The translations under genes and the position numbers were made by a program. Of a DNA stretch of 64,000 nucleotides, positions 42,852 through 55,660 are shown in pieces. Source of the stretch: Acidobacteriota bacterium (GTDB taxonomy: Bacteria > Acidobacteriota > Thermoanaerobaculia > Gp7-AA8); NCBI GenBank assembly GCA_003223645.1, contig QHVT01000023.1, positions 32,960-96,959 on the forward strand, read 5' to 3'. The notes under the pieces were generated by a model. It saw only the letters and a list, made by a program, of their open reading frames with translations. It was not told the DNA's origin and did not search any database. Position 1 is the stretch's first letter. Each line of letters begins with the position of its first letter.

Positions 42852-44095
42852 ACGGCCAGACCGACTGGACCAGCGCGATCATCATCCTCACCGCCGGCCT
42901 CCTCGCCGGCGCAATCATCTTCATGTTCGTGCGGCGCAAGCCGTCGACGATCAACGCCAACCTCGATCGCAAAGACCTCGAGGCCAAACGCGACGCGCTG
43001 ATCGCCGGCCTCCGCGCACTTCCCGACGACGCCGTCGACGAACGCGCAAGACTCGAACGCGAAACAGCAGACGTCCTCCGCCGCCTCGACGCACAACCAT
43101 CGACACCATCAACAGCACCCGGCACCCAGCACCCAGCACCCAGCACCCAGCACCCAGCACCCAGCACCCAGCACCCAGCACCCAGCACCTCTTCGATGAG
43201 CCCGACGGTGAAAGGCTTCCTCTGGGGCTTCGCTTCCTTCGCCGCGCTCGCCGCGCTCGGATACTTCGTGATGCAGTCGTCGACGCCGCGCGAACAGCAG
43301 CAGCAACCGCCACAGCAGGCCGCCTCCGATCCTGCGATTGCGCAACTCCAGGCGGCCGTGCAACGCGAGCCCAACAACCTCTCGCTGCGCGACGATCTCA
43401 CGCAGGCATATCTCGAACGCGAGAACCTGACGGCGGTCGCCGAGCAAACGCGATTCGTTCTCGCGAAAGATCCGAACGACTCGCGCGCGCTCACGTTCCA
43501 GGCGCTCGTGCACATCGCCATGGGCCAGCGCGACGTCGCAGTGCGCATGCTGCAGAAGGCGAAGCAGTCGGACGCGAAGAACCTCAACGCGCGCGTGACG
43601 CTGGCGTGGCTCTACTCGCAGAGCGACATGCCGGCCGCCGAAGCGGAGATTGCACAGGCGATCCAGGTCGCGCCCGCCGAGCGCGAGCGGCTCGAACAGG
43701 CGTTGCAGCAGATGAAAACGCCGCAGCCGGCGACGGGCGACCTTCCGCCCGGCCACCCGCCCGTCAACGAATCGCAGCCGCCGCAAGGAAAATCGGTGCG
43801 CGTCACTCTCAATCTCGAATCCGCGACGCCACCGCAAGGCGTCCTGTTCGTGATCGCGCGCAACCCCGCCGGCGGCCCACCCGCCGCCGTCAAACGCATC
43901 GCGGTCACATCGTTCCCCGTCACCGTCGACATCAGCCAGGCCGACTCGATGATGGGCCAGCCGCTTCCCGATCTCTTCCGCCTCGAAGCAAGACTCGACA
44001 GCGACGGCGACGCGATGACGAAGTCGCCGACCGATCCGAGTGCGGCGATGGACAACGTCGCGCCGGGAGCAGTGATCACTCTTTCGTTGAAGTGA
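42848..44095 (+). CDS. CcmI/CycH-like TPR protein
   Basis: Two TM, TPR-like helices, LPPGHPP, C-terminal domain ..ARLDSDGDAM. Confidence 0.8.
   Translation: MNGQTDWTSAIIILTAGLLAGAIIFMFVRRKPSTINANLDRKDLEAKRDALIAGLRALPDDAVDERARLERETADVLRRLDAQPSTPSTAPGTQHPAPSTQHPAPSTQHPAPSTSSMSPTVKGFLWGFASFAALAALGYFVMQSSTPREQQQQPPQQAASDPAIAQLQAAVQREPNNLSLRDDLTQAYLERENLTAVAEQTRFVLAKDPNDSRALTFQALVHIAMGQRDVAVRMLQKAKQSDAKNLNARVTLAWLYSQSDMPAAEAEIAQAIQVAPAERERLEQALQQMKTPQPATGDLPPGHPPVNESQPPQGKSVRVTLNLESATPPQGVLFVIARNPAGGPPAAVKRIAVTSFPVTVDISQADSMMGQPLPDLFRLEARLDSDGDAMTKSPTDPSAAMDNVAPGAVITLSLK
43113..43189 (+). repeat. 11 x CAGCACC tract inside the CcmI-like gene
   Basis: Counted 11 heptamers (10 perfect, 1 variant); encodes PSTQHPA repeats. 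Confidence 0.95.
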
Positions 44096-44174
44096 ACGCA
44101 GAACGCAGAACGCAGAGCGCAGAACGAAGAATTGAGAAAGTTCTTCGTTCTCAGTTCTGCGTTCTGCGTTCTGC
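44094..44174. repeat. Fold-back microsatellite, 7-mer GAACGCA / TGCGTTC
   Basis: Begins within the stop codon of the CcmI-like gene. Confidence 0.88.
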
Positions 44175-44186
44175 TAAACTCCTGCA

Positions 44187-44260
44187 AGCCTCGGGGTGGC
44201 CCACCGGCCTGAGATCAAACCCGCGGAACCTGATCCGGTTCGCACCGGCGTAGGGAAGGC
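44187..44260 (+). promoter_or_regulatory. TPP (THI-box) riboswitch
   Basis: CGGGGTG..CTGAGA..ACCCG..GAACCTGATC.GG....CC.GCGTAGGGAAG consensus; P1 GCCT/AGGC. Confidence 0.93.
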
Positions 44261-44262
44261 AA

Positions 44263-46365
44263 ATGGAACTATTACTTTTTCTTCTGCTCGCGGCCACGCA
44301 GCAATCGCAACCGCAATCGCAATACTCCGAATCGATCGTCGTCTCCGCCATTCGTGCTGACGATGAGACTCCGGTCACGAAGACCGACATCCCGAAGAAG
44401 GAGATCGAAAAGCAGTATCACGGGCAGGACGTCCCGCTGCTCCTGCGCGACGCGCCTTCGATCAACGCGTACACCGAGTCGGGCGTCGGCGGATCCGGGT
44501 ACTCGTACATCTCGCTGCGCGGCGTCAGCCCCACGCGCATCAACTTCACGCTCGACGGCGTTCCGCTCGCCGACTCCGAAGACATGGGGACGTACTTCGC
44601 CGACTTCCCCGACCTCGCGCGCTCTCTGGAAAGCATCCAGGTCCAGCGCGGCGTCGGCACGTCGACCGTCGGCTCGCCGTCGTTCGGCGGCAGCGTGAAC
44701 ATGGAGAGCGTCGCACTCTCCGGCACGCAGAAAACCAACGCGACGCTCGGCATCGGCTCGTTCGGCAATCGGCAGGCGAGCGTCGGATATCAGTCCGGCA
44801 ATCTCCCGAACGGCCTCGCGCTCTACACGCGCCTCTCGTACCTCGAAAGCGACGGCTTCCGCGATCACTCCGGCATCCAGCAGCACAACATTTTTTTGAG
44901 TGCTGCGAAGACGCTCGGAAGCGACGCGCAGCTGCGCCTCACCGGATTTTCCGGACACGAGAAACAGGGACTCGCATTCAACGCGACCGACGCCGACACG
45001 CTGAAGACCGACTTGCGCGCGAATCCGATGCGCCCCGAAGAGATCGACAGCTTCGGCTACGACCTCGCGCAGCTGCAGTATCTGCGCGCGAACATGACCG
45101 CATCCGTTTACTACCAGCGCGGCTACGGCTGGTACCGCCTCTTCGACTTCGGCACCGACGATCTTCGCGAGTATGGCCTCGACGGCATGCTCCTCGGCAC
45201 GCTGCTCACGTACTCGAAGTCCTTCGGCTCGATCACGACCAACTACGGCGTCCACCTCAATCGCTTCCAGCGCGATCACACGCGCGACGACCTGTCATCC
45301 CGAGCGCTCAGCGAGGGACCTGGGTGGGTGGGGCACGACACACGTGCCTCCCTCGCTGATGCGCGGGATGACACGCGCGACTACGCGAACTACGGCGTGA
45401 AAGACGAAGCCAACGCGTTTGCGAAAGCGACGTGGACCGGCGGCGCGTGGCACGTCTACGGCGACGCGCAGCTGCGCTACACCGATTTCACGTATCACGG
45501 CGACGTGCACATCCCGTCGATCTCCTGGACGTTCTTCAATCCGAAGATCGGCGCGCGCTACGACCTCTCGCCGCGCGCGAGCGTCTACGCATCCGCCGGC
45601 ATGTCCACGCGCGAGCCGACGCGCAACGACATGTTCCAGGGCGAAGACAACGCGTCCTTCGCTCACGACCTTCATGCAGTACGTCCCGAGCGCTTGTACG
45701 ACCTCGAAGCGGGATGGAACTTCCGCGCGAAAAACCTCGACCTCTCCGCGAACGTGTACGCAATGGAGTTTCACAACGAGATCGCGTCGACCGGCGAGCT
45801 GTCGGACATCGGACTGCTTCTCCGCCGGAACGTCGATCGCAGCTATCGTCGCGGCGTCGAGCTCGATGCGGCGTGGCAGGCCGCGCCGAACGTGCGTTTG
45901 AAGACGAACGCAAACCTCAGCCGCAATCGCATCGACGAGTGGACGCAGTTCTTCGACGTCTACGACGCCGATTTCAATTTCACCGGCTCGCGTCCGCAGC
46001 AATATCGCAACGTCGAGCCTCTGCTCACGCCGAACGTGATCGTCAATCAATCGATCGAGTACTCGCCAACCTCGCGCCTCGCCCTCGGCGCGACCGGCCG
46101 CTACGTCGGCCGCTCGTATCTCGACAACACCAACGATCGCGACTTCGCGGCGCCGTCGTTCTTCGTCCTCGACGCGAACGTCGCGTACGCGATCACGCCG
46201 CAGGTGCGCCTCTCGCTGCAGATCAACAACGCGCTGAACAATGATCGCGTCTATCCGAGCGGCTACAGCTATCGCTACGACTTCGACGGCGTGCCCACCG
46301 GCACGGCGTACTACTATCCGCAAGCCACGCGGAACGCGGTCATGCTGATGGACGTCGCTTTTTGA
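44263..46365 (+). CDS. TonB-dependent receptor, probably thiamine
   Basis: TonB-box-like ESIVVSA, plug LRG..RINFTLDGVPL, IQVQRG, C-terminal F; under TPP riboswitch. Confidence 0.92.
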   Translation: MELLLFLLLAATQQSQPQSQYSESIVVSAIRADDETPVTKTDIPKKEIEKQYHGQDVPLLLRDAPSINAYTESGVGGSGYSYISLRGVSPTRINFTLDGVPLADSEDMGTYFADFPDLARSLESIQVQRGVGTSTVGSPSFGGSVNMESVALSGTQKTNATLGIGSFGNRQASVGYQSGNLPNGLALYTRLSYLESDGFRDHSGIQQHNIFLSAAKTLGSDAQLRLTGFSGHEKQGLAFNATDADTLKTDLRANPMRPEEIDSFGYDLAQLQYLRANMTASVYYQRGYGWYRLFDFGTDDLREYGLDGMLLGTLLTYSKSFGSITTNYGVHLNRFQRDHTRDDLSSRALSEGPGWVGHDTRASLADARDDTRDYANYGVKDEANAFAKATWTGGAWHVYGDAQLRYTDFTYHGDVHIPSISWTFFNPKIGARYDLSPRASVYASAGMSTREPTRNDMFQGEDNASFAHDLHAVRPERLYDLEAGWNFRAKNLDLSANVYAMEFHNEIASTGELSDIGLLLRRNVDRSYRRGVELDAAWQAAPNVRLKTNANLSRNRIDEWTQFFDVYDADFNFTGSRPQQYRNVEPLLTPNVIVNQSIEYSPTSRLALGATGRYVGRSYLDNTNDRDFAAPSFFVLDANVAYAITPQVRLSLQINNALNNDRVYPSGYSYRYDFDGVPTGTAYYYPQATRNAVMLMDVAF
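45293..45373. repeat. TGTCATCCCGAG element inserted in frame in the TonB receptor
   Basis: 81 bp, TGTCATCCCGAGCG..CGCGGGATGACA; left arm nearly identical to 9151. Confidence 0.88.
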
Positions 46366-46955
46366 GCCACTGGCTCGCGGAGAATTGGTTCGAGCTGCTC
46401 GCGGTCGTGCTGACGATCTACAGCATCTGGCTCGCCACCAAAGAAGACATCTGGTACTACCCGACCGGCCTCGTCGCGCTGGCGATGTACACGTGGCTCT
46501 ACTTCCACGCCAAGCTCTACGCCGAGTCGCTGCTGCAGATCATCTGCTTCGCGCTGATGGTCTACGGCTGGTACGAATGGCTCTACGGCGGCGCGCGTCA
46601 CACCCAGCTGCCGGTCACGCGCACGCCGCGATGGGGATGGATGTGGGGCACCGCCGCCGGCGTCCTCGGATCGGCGCTCACGATCCTCGTGCAACTGAAG
46701 TTCACCGACAACCCGAACCCGTGGGTCGACTCGTCGCTCTTCGCCTGGAGCCTCGTCGCGCAATGGATGACCGCGCGCAAGTGGCTCGAGAACTGGCTGC
46801 TCTGGGTCGTCATCAACACCGTCTCCGTGCCGCTGTACATCGTCCGCTGGCAGCACGGCGCGCACCTTGGCCTCACCGCCGGCCTCTACGTTGGTCTGTG
46901 GTTGCTGGCCATCAAGGGATATCGCGATTGGCGCCGCTCCCTCGCATCTGCCTGA
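46362..46955 (+). CDS. pnuC: PnuC-family transporter (PnuT-like, TTG start)
   Basis: YGWYEW, DS..SLVAQWMTARK.LENWLLW. Confidence 0.9.
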   Translation: MSHWLAENWFELLAVVLTIYSIWLATKEDIWYYPTGLVALAMYTWLYFHAKLYAESLLQIICFALMVYGWYEWLYGGARHTQLPVTRTPRWGWMWGTAAGVLGSALTILVQLKFTDNPNPWVDSSLFAWSLVAQWMTARKWLENWLLWVVINTVSVPLYIVRWQHGAHLGLTAGLYVGLWLLAIKGYRDWRRSLASA

Positions 46956-47455
46956 TCGGTCCCGAGTCGACCGGAAAGACCGAGCTCGCCAAACGCCTCG
47001 CGCGCGAGTTGGGAGTCGAGTGGGTCGCCGAGTACGCGCGCGAATACGCCGAAGCGCGCGCGAACCAACTCACCGCCGATGACGTCGAGCCGATCGCGCG
47101 CGGACAACTCGCGCTCGTTGAACGCGCAGCGCAGTCCGCAATCCTCGACACCGATCTCATCTCGACGATCGTCTACGCGCGCCACTACTACGGCGTGTGC
47201 CCATCGTGGATCGAAGACGAAGCACGAACACGCCGAGCCGATCTCTACCTCCTCCTCGACACCGACGTGGAGTGGCAACCCGACATCGCACGCGACAGCG
47301 GAGGCGACGCGCGCGAAGATTTGTTCGATGCCTTCCGCTGCGCGCTCGACGAGTTCGACACGCGCTGGGAGATCGTCAGCGGCGACTGGGAAGAGCGCTA
47401 CGCGCGTGCACGCCATTTGCTCTCTTCAGCGCGGAGGCAACAACATGAAAAATAG
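46928..47455 (+). CDS. NadR-type P-loop kinase (AAA_28), TTG start
   Basis: ICLIGPESTGKT, EYAREY, LDTD, YLLL; SD AAGGGA upstream. Confidence 0.85.
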   Translation: MAPLPRICLIGPESTGKTELAKRLARELGVEWVAEYAREYAEARANQLTADDVEPIARGQLALVERAAQSAILDTDLISTIVYARHYYGVCPSWIEDEARTRRADLYLLLDTDVEWQPDIARDSGGDAREDLFDAFRCALDEFDTRWEIVSGDWEERYARARHLLSSARRQQHEK

Positions 47456-47837
47456 GCCCACTTGGTACACGAACGACACCGACAATGCATGGGACCGCGT
47501 CAAGACCGCGTTCCGCAACGACTGGGAGCAGACCAAACACGACTTCGGCTCACGAAACGCGCGCGACCTCAACCAGGACGTCGACGACACCGTGAAGCAA
47601 GCGGCCGGAACCGAAGACCCGTTCGAGAACCACGAACCGGCGTTCCGCTTCGGCTACGCCGCCCAGCGCCAGTACAAAACAAAATACCCAACCTGGAACA
47701 ACGACCTCGACAAGACCCTGCGCACCGACTACGGCGACAACTACGAGCTCGACCGCGACTACATCCGCCACGCATACGAATACCGCGGCACCGGCAGCAG
47801 CGACACCGCCGGCATGCGCGACGAGTCTCGCATGTAA
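47445..47837 (+). CDS. Hypothetical hydrophilic protein (130 aa)
   Basis: SD GGAGG, high GC3, W/Y/D-rich (WDRVKTAFRNDWEQTKHDF, PAFRFGY). Confidence 0.8.
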   Translation: MKNRPTWYTNDTDNAWDRVKTAFRNDWEQTKHDFGSRNARDLNQDVDDTVKQAAGTEDPFENHEPAFRFGYAAQRQYKTKYPTWNNDLDKTLRTDYGDNYELDRDYIRHAYEYRGTGSSDTAGMRDESRM

Positions 47838-47850
47838 TTAAAACTTTCCA

Positions 47851-47921
47851 GTGGAGCGGCGGCCGCCCCCGGCCGCCGTTTCTCGCGAGAGGTCGGCGGC
47901 CGAGGGCGGCCGCCGCTCCAC
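47851..47921. repeat. REP-like element, GTGGAGCGGC family
   Basis: Near copy of 34217-34289. Confidence 0.9.
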
Positions 47922-47947
47922 AGGCTCAACGCGAGATTCTCGGGAAA

Positions 47948-47991
47948 GTCCTACAACGTCCTAGATGTCCTAGAACGTCCTAAAAGTCCTA
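47948..47991. repeat. Half fold-back tract of GTCCTA units
   Basis: Five units; same unit as 11016; last unit contains the cupin gene stop. Confidence 0.8.
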
Positions 47992-48471
47992 CGCCACGTC
48001 CGCGAGATCCACCGTCAACATCAACAGGCACCCTTCATCCGAGGCGATGACGTCGCCGTGATGGGCGCCCTGGTCGACATGGTGGAAGTCGCCCGCGTAC
48101 AGCGCGACGGCTCCGATGCGGCAGCTGCCGCGGATGACGTAGGAGTCTTCGCCGCCGTCGTGGTCGTGGGCGGGGAGGATGGCGCCGGGGTCGAGGTCGA
48201 GGAGCATCGTCAACGTGTTGCGCGCGACGTCCTTCGACAGTTTCTTCGTGCGGACACCGGGGGCACAGGAGCGCCAGTTGCCTTCGTCCGCGCGCACGGT
48301 ACGGCTCTCGTGCTCGCCGGGGATGGACTCGTCGAGCTGCGGGGTGTGGCGGACGGCGGCGAGGATGTGCGCGCGCACGGACGCCGGCGGCTCGACCGGC
48401 TCGATCGTCTCGGCCACGATGCGGTCGAGCACTTCCATTTCGTCTTGCGTCAGGACGTCGGTGGTCATCAC
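47989..48471 (-). CDS. ChrR-like cupin anti-sigma factor
   Basis: PPASVRAHIL linker, W...PGV, LPAHDH..GEDSYVIRG, AGDFHH..H. Confidence 0.85.
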   Translation of the reverse strand: MMTTDVLTQDEMEVLDRIVAETIEPVEPPASVRAHILAAVRHTPQLDESIPGEHESRTVRADEGNWRSCAPGVRTKKLSKDVARNTLTMLLDLDPGAILPAHDHDGGEDSYVIRGSCRIGAVALYAGDFHHVDQGAHHGDVIASDEGCLLMLTVDLADVA

Positions 48472-48824
48472 TTCAATTCATCCAATCCCTGACGAAGCAT
48501 AACCCGGACCGCCTGCGGATCGAGTGAAAACGTTTTCGCAAGTTCGGCCACGGATTTCCCTTCATAAAACGCCTTTTCGACGACGAGACGCGGGGTCGGA
48601 GGTCCTCCGCTGTCTACTACGGACCGGCCGCTCGATCGGTTTTGTCGCGCCAAAGATTTCTCGCGTACCGCTCTCACGAGCGCCACGAGATCGTCCGGAA
48701 CGGACGGACTGAGAAAAACATCCTCCAGCGCGTCGGCCGCGGCCTGCTCGTTTCCCGTGATGCGAAGCGCGATCGCATACAGACGCGCAGCATGCTCATC
48801 GTAGAGGTGGACGATGTCGGTCAT
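48468..48824 (-). CDS. Miniature or degenerate ECF sigma factor (118 aa)
   Basis: LYDEHAARLYAIALRITGN..AADALEDVF (region 2), AFYEGKSVAELA..VR..LRQGL (region 4); coupled to cupin. Confidence 0.75.
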   Translation of the reverse strand: MTDIVHLYDEHAARLYAIALRITGNEQAAADALEDVFLSPSVPDDLVALVRAVREKSLARQNRSSGRSVVDSGGPPTPRLVVEKAFYEGKSVAELAKTFSLDPQAVRVMLRQGLDELK

Positions 48825-48843
48825 TCGAACCCGCTATATCTTA

Positions 48844-48920
48844 GCCTCCCGGCCTCCAAGCCTCCTAGCCTCCCAGCGCATCGCGGCCTGGGAGGCCTGG
48901 AGGCCGGGAGGCTTGGAGGC
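48844..48920. repeat. Fold-back microsatellite, 8-mer GCCTCCNA / TNGGAGGC
   Basis: 4+4 units between divergent genes; last unit gives GGAGG 6-7 nt before ATG 48926. Confidence 0.85.
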
Positions 48921-48925
48921 CAACG

Positions 48926-49462
48926 ATGAACTGGATCATCAAAAACTTCCTGCGCGGACTCGTGATCGTCCTGCCGATCGCGGTGACGGTCTACCTTCTC
49001 TACCAGATCTTCATCACGCTCGACCGGCTGCTGAAGTTGCCGGCGCCGGGGCTCGGCCTCGCCGTCCTTCTCGTCGCGACGATTCTCATCGGCGCGCTGG
49101 CGTCGAACTTCATCGGACGCCGCATCTTCGCGCTGACGGAGAGCGTGTTCACGAAAGCGCCGCTCGTGCGCATCGTGTACGCCGCGATCAAGGACTTGCT
49201 CGAAGCGTTCGTCGGCAACAAGCGGCGATTCGACAAGCCGGTGTCGGTGCAGCTCACCGACGCGATCAAAGTCTTCGGCTTCATCACGCGCGACGACCTC
49301 GGGGCGCTCGCCGCGGCAGGCGACGTCGCGGTCTACATCCCGTTTTCGTACACCTGGGACGGATGTCTGCTCGTCGTCGCGCGCGATCGCGTGCAGCCGC
49401 TCGAAGCGGACAGCGCGAGCGTGTTGTCGCTCGTCGTCAGCGGCGGCGTTTCGCGGATTTGA
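48926..49462 (+). CDS. DUF502 family membrane protein
   Basis: FLRGLVIVLPIAVT, PLVRIVY, GFIT, VYIP, VVSGG. Confidence 0.88.
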   Translation: MNWIIKNFLRGLVIVLPIAVTVYLLYQIFITLDRLLKLPAPGLGLAVLLVATILIGALASNFIGRRIFALTESVFTKAPLVRIVYAAIKDLLEAFVGNKRRFDKPVSVQLTDAIKVFGFITRDDLGALAAAGDVAVYIPFSYTWDGCLLVVARDRVQPLEADSASVLSLVVSGGVSRI

Positions 49463-49521
49463 ATTGCACGGTCTTGCGTCACTCTCGATTTTGAATATGA
49501 TCGGCATCGGCCCGCGCAGCC

Positions 49522-49537
49522 CGGCGCGTTGTTTGCT
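49522..49537 (+). promoter_or_regulatory. Putative sigma-54 promoter for the act-cox operon
   Basis: CGGCGCGTTGTTTGCT, GG-N10-GC, ~36 nt before actA. Confidence 0.5.
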
Positions 49538-49573
49538 CCCGCGACAGCCACCACCGGTTCCCCTTGGTAAAAC

Positions 49574-50221
49574 ATGGCGCAGATCTTTCACCGTAGTGCA
49601 AATACGCTTTCGCGCGTGACGATTTTCGGCGCTGTGTTCATCGCCGGTTTCGTGTTGTGGGTCATCGGCGGCATCGTCCGCTCGCCGTACTTCACCAATC
49701 AGGGAATTCAGCGCGAGCAGATCGTCCCGTTCAGCCATCAGCATCACGTCGCGGGACTCGGCATCGACTGCCGCTATTGCCATCAATCCGTCGAGGTCTC
49801 GAGCTTCGCCGGCATTCCGCCGACGTCGACGTGCATGAACTGCCACGCGCAGATCTGGACGAACGCGTCGATGCTCGAGCCGGTGCGCGCCAGTTTCAAG
49901 AGCGGCAAGCCGCTGGTCTGGAGCCGCGTGCATCGCCTGCCCGACTTCGTGCATTTCAAACACGACATCCACATCAACAAAGGCATCGGCTGCGCGAGCT
50001 GCCACGGCCGCGTCGATCGCATGAACCTGATGTACCAGGCCTCGCCGCTGACGATGAGCTGGTGCATCAACTGCCATCGCGCGCCGGAGAAACAGATTCG
50101 CCCGAGGAGTGAAGTGTTCAACATGGGATACGTCGCGAAGAACCAGGAAGCCGATGGTCCGCGACTGGTGAAGGAGTACGGCGTGAAAAGTTTGACGAGC
50201 TGCTCGACGTGCCATTACTAG
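49574..50221 (+). CDS. actA: Alternative complex III pentaheme cytochrome c
   Basis: One TM; five CxxCH (CRYCH, CMNCH, CASCH, CINCH, CSTCH). Confidence 0.93.
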   Translation: MAQIFHRSANTLSRVTIFGAVFIAGFVLWVIGGIVRSPYFTNQGIQREQIVPFSHQHHVAGLGIDCRYCHQSVEVSSFAGIPPTSTCMNCHAQIWTNASMLEPVRASFKSGKPLVWSRVHRLPDFVHFKHDIHINKGIGCASCHGRVDRMNLMYQASPLTMSWCINCHRAPEKQIRPRSEVFNMGYVAKNQEADGPRLVKEYGVKSLTSCSTCHY

Positions 50222-50319
50222 ATGGCGGATGGCAGATGGCAGATGGCGAAATTAGATGGCAGATGGCAGATGGCAGATGGCAAAAACGAAATGCCATCTG
50301 CCATCCGCCATCTGCCATC
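50220..50319. repeat. Fold-back microsatellite GATGGCA / TGCCATC
   Basis: Two left blocks of 4 units and one right block; overlaps the actA stop. Confidence 0.9.
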
Positions 50320-50330
50320 CGAAATGAACG

Positions 50331-53336
<3,006 letters not shown>

Positions 53337-53670
53337 ACAGATGAAGGCAGAAGGCAGAAGGCAGAAAGCAGAAGGCAGAACGAGGGAGCGGCTCGATGCG
53401 CGTGCATCGTTGCCTTTCTCACTTCTGCCTTCTGCCTTCTGCCCTCTGCCTTCATCGGATTAACGATGGCGACCAAAGATCAGGCGACGATCCGCAATCC
53501 GCATCCGTCGCTGGTGGTGGAAGGACACAAGGCATAAAGATGAAGGCAGAAGGCAGAAGGCAGAAAGCAGAAGGCAGAACGAGAGGCCGGCACGTTGCAC
53601 GTGCAACGTCGAACTTCTCACTTCTGCCCTCTGCCTTCTGCCTTCTGCCTTCATCGGTTACGGATTAACG

Positions 53671-55107
<1,437 letters not shown>

Positions 55108-55111
55108 CGCG

Positions 55112-55660
55112 ATGGCGATCGGCAAGATCAGGGAAGGCTTGTACGGCGTGATCGCGGAGTTCAACGATCCGCAGACGCTGCTCGATGCCGCGCAGGCGAC
55201 ACGCGAAGCCGGCTACACGTCCGTCGACGCCTTCTCGCCGTTCCCGATTCACGGACTCGCCGAAGCGATCGGCTTTCACAAATCGCACTTGTCCGAAATC
55301 GTCCTCGGCATGGGCGTGCTCGGCGGACTGGGCGGATACTTCATGTGCTGGTACGCGAACGTGATCGCCTATCCGCTCAACATCGGCGGCAAGCCCTTCA
55401 ACTCGTGGCCGGCCTGGATCCCGATCACGTTCGAATGCACGATCCTCCTCGCGGCATTCGGCGCCGTCCTCGGCATGCTCGCGCTCAACGGCCTGCCGAT
55501 GCCGTATCACCCCGTATTCAACGTGCGGAGGTTTGACAGCGCGTCGAGAGACAAATTCTTCCTCGTCATCCAGGCGCGCGATCCAAAGTTCAAGCTCGAC
55601 GAAGCGCGTCAGTTCTTGAAGGCTCTTTCACCACGGGAGGTGACCGATGTCCCGTGGTAA
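55112..55660 (+). CDS. actD: Alternative complex III DUF3341 subunit
   Basis: [22 protein letters not shown]. Confidence 0.92.
   Translation: MAIGKIREGLYGVIAEFNDPQTLLDAAQATREAGYTSVDAFSPFPIHGLAEAIGFHKSHLSEIVLGMGVLGGLGGYFMCWYANVIAYPLNIGGKPFNSWPAWIPITFECTILLAAFGAVLGMLALNGLPMPYHPVFNVRRFDSASRDKFFLVIQARDPKFKLDEARQFLKALSPREVTDVPW

Noticed and set aside
46385-46955. Programmed frameshift fusing PnuC to the kinase
   Set aside because: A TTG start at 46928 with upstream AAGGGA explains the 28-nt overlap; no slippery site seen.
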